Shown piece after piece: positions 57,429-64,000 of a DNA stretch of 64,000 nucleotides; positions within the stretch are counted from its first letter, which is position 1, and every line of letters starts with the position of its first letter. Both the position numbers and the translations under genes were made by a program. The notes beneath the pieces were generated by a model. It saw only the letters and a list, made by a program, of their open reading frames with translations, searched no databases and was not told the origin of the DNA. Location: the NCBI GenBank assembly GCA_902533795.1, contig CACAND010000001.1, forward strand, positions 10,159-74,158, read 5' to 3'. The DNA is from an uncultured Candidatus Actinomarina sp. Lineage in GTDB: Bacteria > Actinomycetota > Acidimicrobiia > Actinomarinales > Actinomarinaceae.

Positions 57429-58925
57429 ATGAAACAATATATTCTTGAAGCAAAAAATATTTCAAAAACATTTGGAAATGTCAAAGCTCTAGAGAATGTA
57501 AATTTCTATCTTCGAAAAGGTAAAATACACGGTCTACTCGGAGAAAACGGTGCGGGTAAATCATCCTTAATGAATATACTTTCTGGTATATACCAACCTG
57601 AAAAAGGAAGCATATTTATAAATAATGTAAAACAAAAAAGCCTTGATCCAGAATCTGCTTCAGAGCTTGGTATAGGAATGGTCCATCAAGAATTTAGACT
57701 GATTGAAAGTTTCAGCATTGAGGACAATTTAACCTTATCTAAATCGAATATTTATCAGAATAATTTCAAAGAGGCATATGAAAAATATTCAGAAATATTT
57801 TCATTGTCTGTAAAGCCTGAAAAAACCATATCTCAGCTTTCAGTTGGAGAAAAACAAAAGATTGAAATTATGAAATTAATTTTCAAAGACAGCAAAATAA
57901 TGCTTTTGGATGAACCAACTGCTGTTTTAACACCTCAAGAAACAGACCAACTTAGAATCTCTTTAGGAACATTATCAGAAGAAGATGAAAAAACAATTGT
58001 GTTGATTTCTCATAAGCTTAAAGAAATAAGAGAGTTTACAGAAAAAGTTTTTGTAATGAAAAATGGAAAAATGGTAGCTGAAGAGCTGTCTACTAAAGAT
58101 GTGACTGACGATAATTTGATTGAATTAATGATGGGAAATATTCAAAAATCAATTATAGATAAGTCAAATACAGCAGGAGATACAAAATTAAGCATAAAGT
58201 CACTTGAATATGTCGATAAAGTAAATAATTTTAAGATTTTAGATAATATCAATTTAGAAATAAAGGCAGGGGAGATTATTGGTATTGCCGGCGTATCTGG
58301 AAATGGGCAGGTTGAGCTTGCAAATATAATTAGTGGTATTGAGGTTGATTATTCTGGAAAAATATTAATAAATAATAAAGATGTATCGAGAAGAGGTGTA
58401 AGGTCTCGAAAAAAACTAAATTTGTCTTACATACCTGAAAACCGTCTGGGTGTCGGGCTAGCTCCAGGTGTTTCTGTTTTGGATAATTCAATAGTTAGAG
58501 ACTATTTCAAAACAAGATTAGGTCCACATCTCTCTCGATCAAAGACTGAAAACTATCTAGAAAGTTTGATAAACAAATTCTCAATTAAAGCTCCAAACTC
58601 AAAGGCTGAAATATCAACCTTATCAGGTGGAAATATGCAAAAATTATTAATGGGTAGAGAACTTATCAGTAATCCAGAAGTAATAATTGCTTCGCAACCT
58701 ACAAGAGGTTTAGATGTAAATGCTGTTGAAGCTATTCACAATTTACTAGTTGAGCAAAGAGATAAGGGGTCAGCTATTTTGATGATTTCAGAGGATCTTG
58801 ATGAACTTTTCAAGCTAAGTAATCGTATTCATGTAATGTTTGAGGGAAAAATTGTAAAATCATTCAATATTGATGATGCAGATATAAATAATGTTGGTCT
58901 GGCTATGGCAGGTATAGTTGAATAA
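57429..58925 (+). CDS. ABC transporter ATP-binding protein with duplicated ATPase domains (nucleoside/sugar uptake type)
   Basis: 498 aa. Two NBDs (GENGAGKSS ... LSVGEKQK ... LLDEPT; GVSGNGQ ... LSGGNMQK). Confidence 0.85.
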   Translation: MKQYILEAKNISKTFGNVKALENVNFYLRKGKIHGLLGENGAGKSSLMNILSGIYQPEKGSIFINNVKQKSLDPESASELGIGMVHQEFRLIESFSIEDNLTLSKSNIYQNNFKEAYEKYSEIFSLSVKPEKTISQLSVGEKQKIEIMKLIFKDSKIMLLDEPTAVLTPQETDQLRISLGTLSEEDEKTIVLISHKLKEIREFTEKVFVMKNGKMVAEELSTKDVTDDNLIELMMGNIQKSIIDKSNTAGDTKLSIKSLEYVDKVNNFKILDNINLEIKAGEIIGIAGVSGNGQVELANIISGIEVDYSGKILINNKDVSRRGVRSRKKLNLSYIPENRLGVGLAPGVSVLDNSIVRDYFKTRLGPHLSRSKTENYLESLINKFSIKAPNSKAEISTLSGGNMQKLLMGRELISNPEVIIASQPTRGLDVNAVEAIHNLLVEQRDKGSAILMISEDLDELFKLSNRIHVMFEGKIVKSFNIDDADINNVGLAMAGIVE

Positions 58926-59976
58926 TTTGAAGCTTTTTAAGCGACAAACAGTTAATGAGCTCTCAACTTTCTATTCATTTCTAATTGGATTTATAATTGC
59001 TATTTTTATTGGCTCGATAATATTGCTCATACAAGATAAAAGTCCTATTGATACATTTTCATTAATGCTGCGTTTATCTGTAGGTAGTATTAACAGCCTT
59101 AGTGCATCTTTAAACAAAGCTATACCTCTTATTCTTGCTGGACTTGGAATATCCATAATCAACTCAGTTAAATTATGGAACATTGGTGCAGAGGGTCAAA
59201 TTTTTTTAGGAGCAATTGCTGTAAATTTTATTTATATTAATACTCAGATCAATAGTCCCTCAATTCATATATTTGTCTTACTTGTTGCAGGATTTGTTGG
59301 TGGATCACTCTGCATATTGATACCAGCCATAACAAAAGTAGTTTTTGGGGTAAATGAAATCATTACAACTCTATTAACTAACTACATCGTGTTTGGTGTC
59401 ACGATATTCCTTATTAACGGACCATGGAAAGATCCTAAATCATTAAATTTTCCAGCTGCTGCTTATGTTGGTGAAGAAGTGTTTTTACCAACAATAATTG
59501 GAAAATTAAGCTTTGGATTTTTGATATGTATCCTATTTACAATCCTCGCTCATTATCTTAAAAATAAGTCTGTTTTTGGTTTTGAAATGAGAATTGCCGG
59601 AGGGTCAGCAATGACAGCTGTATATGCGGGAATTAACGCAAAACAAAAAGCTTTTATTGCAATGTTGATTGGTGGAGGTTTTGCTGGGCTTGCTGGAGCA
59701 ATTGAATTGTTAAGCCAAACCCATAGAGTATCGACTGGAATTTCTCAGGGGTTTGGATATACAGCAATAATTGTTGCTGCTATTACAGGAATGAGACCTC
59801 TTGGAATTTTCTTAGTTGGATCTTTATTTGGAGCTCTTTCAATTGGTGGATCCGTTATTCAGACTATTGGAGTAAGTGCTTATATTGCAGATATTATTCA
59901 AGCTTCAACGCTTTTTGGAGCACTTATAATTCAATTCTTCTTTACTTATCAAATAAAGAAAGTAGAAAATGATTGA
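58918..59976 (+). CDS. ABC transporter permease
   Basis: 352 aa polytopic. Overlaps its neighbours, as in BMP-type uptake operons. Confidence 0.8.
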   Translation: MNNLKLFKRQTVNELSTFYSFLIGFIIAIFIGSIILLIQDKSPIDTFSLMLRLSVGSINSLSASLNKAIPLILAGLGISIINSVKLWNIGAEGQIFLGAIAVNFIYINTQINSPSIHIFVLLVAGFVGGSLCILIPAITKVVFGVNEIITTLLTNYIVFGVTIFLINGPWKDPKSLNFPAAAYVGEEVFLPTIIGKLSFGFLICILFTILAHYLKNKSVFGFEMRIAGGSAMTAVYAGINAKQKAFIAMLIGGGFAGLAGAIELLSQTHRVSTGISQGFGYTAIIVAAITGMRPLGIFLVGSLFGALSIGGSVIQTIGVSAYIADIIQASTLFGALIIQFFFTYQIKKVEND

Positions 59977-60892
59977 TATTCAACTTATTGGCCTCTTGAA
60001 TGCAACCCTGCAAGCTGCAACTTTGTTATTCATCGCCGCATTAGGAGAATTGATTACCGAAAAGTCTGGGATACTCAATCTTGGTGTTGAAGGAATGATT
60101 TCAATTGGTGCTGTCGCCGGTTTTATGACGGCAATAAATACAGAAAACATATTTCTTGCAATATTGATTGGTGTTTTATCATCCTCAATCTTTGCATCAA
60201 TACATGCACTTGTAACTGTTGTTTTGAAGCAAGACCAAACAGTCTCAGGATTGATTCTTACAATTTTAGGCCTAGCCCTTTCATCGTTACTTGGAAAAAA
60301 TTATGTTGGTAGAAAATTAGTTACAAAATTAGAGAGTGTTACATCAATTTCAGAACCTACAAATATAGTCGAGGTTTTGATTAGTCAAAATATTATTTTT
60401 TATATTGCAGTTCTTTTAATGATAAGTACTTCACTTATATTAAAAAAAACAATGTTTGGCAGAAGACTAGAAGCTGTTGGGGAGGATTCTAAATCATCAG
60501 ATTCAATGGGATTGAAAGTTGCTAAAACACAATTCATTGCAACATGTGTAGGTGGGGCTTTTGCAGGACTTTCTGGAGTTTATCTTACACTAAGTTATGT
60601 TCCATATTGGACTGACAATATGACTTCTGGAAGAGGCTGGATAGCTCTAGCACTAGTAATATTTGGAGGATGGAAGCCTTATAGAACTGCTTTAGGGGCA
60701 GTTTTATTTGGATTTCTTGAAGCATTAGTTCCAAGATTGCAAACATATGGTTTTGAATTAAGTCCTTATATTGTAAAAATAACTCCGTATGTTATAACAA
60801 TTTTGGTATTAGTTATTCTGACGATTTATAAAGGTGGAAAAACAGGTGCACCTAAAAATATTGGAGTTCCATTTTTTAGAGAAAATAGATAA
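59969..60892 (+). CDS. ABC transporter permease
   Basis: 307 aa polytopic. Second permease of the BMP-type uptake system. Confidence 0.8.
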   Translation: MIDIQLIGLLNATLQAATLLFIAALGELITEKSGILNLGVEGMISIGAVAGFMTAINTENIFLAILIGVLSSSIFASIHALVTVVLKQDQTVSGLILTILGLALSSLLGKNYVGRKLVTKLESVTSISEPTNIVEVLISQNIIFYIAVLLMISTSLILKKTMFGRRLEAVGEDSKSSDSMGLKVAKTQFIATCVGGAFAGLSGVYLTLSYVPYWTDNMTSGRGWIALALVIFGGWKPYRTALGAVLFGFLEALVPRLQTYGFELSPYIVKITPYVITILVLVILTIYKGGKTGAPKNIGVPFFRENR

Positions 60893-60940
60893 ATAATAAT
60901 AATTACAAATCTTATTTGCTAATATAAATATAACTTTAAA

Positions 60941-60964
60941 CAATGACTGTGAGCATTGAAAGGA
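60941..60964 (+). promoter_or_regulatory. candidate PyrR-binding stem-loop abutting the pyrR ribosome-binding site
   Basis: TTTAAACAATGACTGTGAGCATTGAAAGGATAAAATG. The 5-bp stem CAATG/CATTG has a purine-rich loop containing GAG, followed by AAAGGA and the ATG. It partly resembles the PyrR binding-loop consensus (UUUAACA...GAG...GAAAGGAUAA). Confidence 0.3.
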
Positions 60965-60968
60965 TAAA

Positions 60969-61445
60969 ATGACAATAGATAAAATTCTATTCCGACTCAG
61001 TAAAGAAATCATTGAATCAAATATCCTCAATCCTTATTTATTAGGAATTCCTAAAAGAGGTGACCTTTTAGCTCAAAGAATTTCTAATAATTTGTTATTA
61101 GAAAACTTTAAACATGATATTGGCAAGGTAGATTACTTACCATTTAGAGATGACCTAGACAAAAATGTCGAAAAAAATATTCTAGAAATATCACCTGAAG
61201 ATAGAGACATAATATTGATTGACGATGTTATCTATACCGGAAGAACATTGAGGGCATCTATTGAAGCTGTAATGTACTCTGGTCGACCAAAATCTATTTC
61301 TCTTTTATGCCTTATTGACAGAGGACACAGAGAACTTCCTATCAGCCCTAAATTTGTAGGTAAAAATATTCCAACAAATCAAGATGAATATGTTTCCGTA
61401 TTTTTGAAAGAAATAGATAGTGAAGATAAGGTCGAGGTAACGTAA
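60969..61445 (+). CDS. pyrR: bifunctional pyrimidine operon regulator / uracil phosphoribosyltransferase PyrR
   Basis: 158 aa. PRPP-binding ILIDDVIYTGRTLRA and N-terminal LLGIPKRGDLLAQRI. Confidence 0.85.
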   Translation: MTIDKILFRLSKEIIESNILNPYLLGIPKRGDLLAQRISNNLLLENFKHDIGKVDYLPFRDDLDKNVEKNILEISPEDRDIILIDDVIYTGRTLRASIEAVMYSGRPKSISLLCLIDRGHRELPISPKFVGKNIPTNQDEYVSVFLKEIDSEDKVEVT

Positions 61446-61447
61446 GA

Positions 61448-62326
61448 ATGAGACATCTTTTAGATTTTCAAGATGTAAATAAAAATCATTTAGAAAATCT
61501 AATTGAAGAATCAAGATCTCTAAAAATTAAATCAAAAAATTTAGATACTCTAGCTCTTTTAAAGTTTGACGAACCTTCAACAAGAACACGACTTTCATTT
61601 GCTATTGCAGCTGAAAAACTTGGAATAAAAACTTTTGAATCGTCAGATGTTATATCAGCAAAACAAAAAGGAGAAATGCTTCAACACGAATTAGTGACAT
61701 ATATTTCTATGGGAATCGAAATATTGGTACTAAGGACAAAAGAAAATAATATTAATGACTACAGAGAATTTAAGGAAATTGGAATTATTAGTGGAGGATT
61801 TGGAAACAAATCTCATCCGACTCAAGCACTAATTGACATCTCAACACTTTATAGTTTTGATAAACTCACTGATACATCTACCCCAGTGACTTACGTTGGT
61901 GACGTAAAACATTCGAGAGTATTTGAATCAGGAAGACAGCTTTTAAATTTACTAGGATACAAAGTTGGTGTCTTCACAGATCAGAATCTACTTCCAGACA
62001 ACAAAAATGATCTTGAAATTTATGAATCGTGGGATGAAGTTTTTGAAAATTCTAATTCGATAGAACTTCTAAGAGTACAAAAAGAAAGAATGCTAGATAT
62101 TGAAAAAATAAATTTCGATAATTACATAAAGAATTATCAACTTACAAAAAAGATCTTAGATAAATCTCAAAAAGATTTAATTGTTCTTCATCCAATGCCA
62201 ATCAATATTGGTATTGAGATTTCACAAGATGCAATTGAAGATAAAAAAATAAAATATATCGACCAACTTTCACATGCGATACCTTCAAGAATTGCAGCAT
62301 ATAAATATGTGAAAGGAGAAATATGA
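61448..62326 (+). CDS. pyrB: aspartate carbamoyltransferase catalytic subunit
   Basis: 292 aa. Carbamoyl-phosphate-binding STRTR motif and the later HPxQ (SHPTQ) motif. Confidence 0.8.
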   Translation: MRHLLDFQDVNKNHLENLIEESRSLKIKSKNLDTLALLKFDEPSTRTRLSFAIAAEKLGIKTFESSDVISAKQKGEMLQHELVTYISMGIEILVLRTKENNINDYREFKEIGIISGGFGNKSHPTQALIDISTLYSFDKLTDTSTPVTYVGDVKHSRVFESGRQLLNLLGYKVGVFTDQNLLPDNKNDLEIYESWDEVFENSNSIELLRVQKERMLDIEKINFDNYIKNYQLTKKILDKSQKDLIVLHPMPINIGIEISQDAIEDKKIKYIDQLSHAIPSRIAAYKYVKGEI

Positions 62327-63378
62327 TTGAAATTCCTGGATTTATAGATCTTCATACACACACAAGATATCCTGATGCCGATAAATTTCCATACAATGAC
62401 ATAGATGAATCAGCAATTAATGGTGGATTCTCAACTTTACTTGCAATGCCAAATTCAGAAATACCAATTGATTCAATAAAAAATCTAAAGATTGCACAGG
62501 AAATAGATAAAAAATTGAAAACAAAGGTACATCGTGTCGGCGCATTAACTAAAGATTTAGATGGAAGGGAACTTGTAAATTATAAAGAATTCATTGAAAA
62601 CGGTATCACAATTTTTTCAGATGATGGAAAGTCATTAATTGATGATAACTTAGCAGATGAGGCATTTAAAAAAATAAGTACGCTTGGTGGTGCGATCTTT
62701 CAACATTGTGAAAAAAGTTGTCACTCTAGACCTGGTGATATAGCTCCCCCAAATGCTGATAATGACTTAATTCCAATAAACAATGATGAGGAATTGGAAG
62801 TCCTTGCAAGAGATTTAAATTTATCTGAAAAGTATGGAACAAGATATCACGCACAACATCTATCAACTTACGAGAGCGTACAGCTTATCAAAAAAGCGAA
62901 ACAAGAAGGTCTTCCTGTCACTGCTGAAGTAACACCTCATCACATACTGCTTAATAATGAGAATTTGGATACAAATAATGGACTTTTTAAAATGTACCCA
63001 CCCATCAGAACTGAAAAAGATAGAGAAGGACTGGTTGAAGGTTTACAGTCTGGAGTAATAGATGTGATTGCTACGGATCATGCACCCCATAAATTAGAAA
63101 CTAAAACCGTTCCTTTTAAAGATGCAAATCGTGGTGTTGTAGGACTTGAATCAGCATTTCCTCTCATATATAGTTCAAATATTTTTGAATTAGACCAAAT
63201 TTTAAAATTTTTGGTAACAAATCCTTTGACAATACTTGAAGAACTTGGATACGAAATACCAAAAATAGTGAACACATGGAAGAAGTCAAAATCAGTATTT
63301 ATCACTAAATCAAAATATAAAAATTCATTATTTGAAAATGAAAATATTGAAATTCAAAGGGTTCTATCAAATGTATAA
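62323..63378 (+). CDS. pyrC: dihydroorotase-like amidohydrolase
   Basis: 351 aa. N-terminal metal-binding DLHTHTR and ATDHAPH near the C-terminus. Position is between pyrB and carA. Confidence 0.7.
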   Translation: MIEIPGFIDLHTHTRYPDADKFPYNDIDESAINGGFSTLLAMPNSEIPIDSIKNLKIAQEIDKKLKTKVHRVGALTKDLDGRELVNYKEFIENGITIFSDDGKSLIDDNLADEAFKKISTLGGAIFQHCEKSCHSRPGDIAPPNADNDLIPINNDEELEVLARDLNLSEKYGTRYHAQHLSTYESVQLIKKAKQEGLPVTAEVTPHHILLNNENLDTNNGLFKMYPPIRTEKDREGLVEGLQSGVIDVIATDHAPHKLETKTVPFKDANRGVVGLESAFPLIYSSNIFELDQILKFLVTNPLTILEELGYEIPKIVNTWKKSKSVFITKSKYKNSLFENENIEIQRVLSNV

Positions 63379-64000
63379 AAAGGCTTTACTTCTTAACCAA
63401 AATGGTGATGAATTTTTAGGATGGACAACTGAATTATTTCAACCTGCTACTGGAGAGCTCATATTTAATACAGCAATGACAGGTTTTGTAGAAATATTAA
63501 GTGACCCGTCATATATTAATCAAATAGTTACTTTCACTTCTTCTCACGTGGGCAACTATGGAATGTCCCAAAGAGATTTTGAATCTAACATGCCAAAAAT
63601 TGAAGCAGCTATCGGAAATTCTTTTACTGACTTTCCTTCTTCTTGGAGATCTGAAAAATCAATAACATCATGGCTAAAAGAATATGACATACCTTACAGT
63701 GGTGGGTTTGATGTTAGAAATATTACAAAATATTTACGAGATAACGGTTCGAGCATGTTTGCACTTGGCGTAGATATTGATATTAAAGATTTAAAAGACA
63801 TTTTATATAAAGCAAAAGATATTCTTGGCGACAATTCAGCAATGACAGCAGGTAATCAAGAAGATAGGGATACATCTACAGATGGAAAAATCGGCATCAT
63901 GGATCTTGGAGCAAAAAAAAGCATTGTAAATGTACTTGAGGACCATGATTACAAAGTTGTTATGATTTCACCTACAACAATGTCAGATGAGATATTGAAG
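63371..64000 (+). CDS. carA: carbamoyl-phosphate synthase small (glutaminase) subunit, 5' partial (continues beyond the window)
   Basis: ATG at 63371 overlaps the pyrC stop. N-terminus ...GELIFNTAMTGFVEILSDPSYINQIVTFTSSHVGNYG is the CarA N-domain signature. Confidence 0.8.
   Translation, partial: MYKKALLLNQNGDEFLGWTTELFQPATGELIFNTAMTGFVEILSDPSYINQIVTFTSSHVGNYGMSQRDFESNMPKIEAAIGNSFTDFPSSWRSEKSITSWLKEYDIPYSGGFDVRNITKYLRDNGSSMFALGVDIDIKDLKDILYKAKDILGDNSAMTAGNQEDRDTSTDGKIGIMDLGAKKSIVNVLEDHDYKVVMISPTTMSDEILK

Noticed and set aside
1-64000. Genome-wide UGA reassignment (code 4 Trp or code 25 Gly) as the explanation for the in-frame TGA
   Set aside because: TGA terminates several well-conserved genes here at the expected protein ends (ksgA at 357-359, tatD at 1145-1147). 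An intact RF2 gene with a UGA-based autoregulatory frameshift site is present. Both facts are incompatible with UGA being a sense codon.

Overview
This is a 64-kb AT-rich window (roughly 30% G+C by eye) from a very compact bacterial chromosome. It holds about 65 tightly packed genes; almost every convergent gene pair overlaps at its 3' ends, and several co-directional pairs share ATGA start/stop overlaps. I see no transposases, integrases, CRISPR arrays, rRNA or tRNA genes.

Gene content and local order look actinobacterial (inference). The evidence is the run prfB-ftsE-ftsX-M23 peptidase-smpB, the neighbourhood ahcY-PGI/PMI-pmm, the operon pyrR-pyrB-pyrC-carA, F420 cofactor genes (cofD, cofE and a PPOX-class enzyme), a class A PBP with a PASTA tail, and Thr-rich linkers in secreted proteins.

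The main calls are:
- A probable selenoprotein of the AhpD/carboxymuconolactone-decarboxylase family (9308..9871). A single in-frame UGA sits exactly at the second Cys of the CxxC...H active-site motif, and a bulged hairpin lies 15 nt downstream (SECIS candidate). UGA is otherwise a normal stop here, and RF2 is encoded.
- prfB with the canonical programmed +1 frameshift site AAGGAG-TAT-CTT-TGA-C (17901..17916). This explains why the ORF track shows only a 287-aa fragment.
- A tmRNA gene (about 7824..8163, minus strand) with a G3:U70 acceptor stem and a tag frame ending ...KLAVAA-UAA.
- A lipoylation-equipped 2-oxoacid dehydrogenase cluster on the minus strand (lpd, fused E1 alpha-beta, E2, fused LipB-LipA), followed by transketolase.
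- A Gtr-like three-component envelope glycosylation module (GT2, GtrA, large GT-C membrane protein) next to pmm and a PGI/PMI isomerase.
- prpC-prpD, sufC-sufS-sufE without sufB/sufD, a BMP-family nucleoside ABC uptake system next to gpt and the pyr operon, a 986-aa SpoIID/LytB protein with four peptidoglycan-binding domains, and two secreted zinc metalloproteases with Thr/Ser-rich linkers.

All calls are from reading the ORF translations and the sequence directly. No database searches were run.
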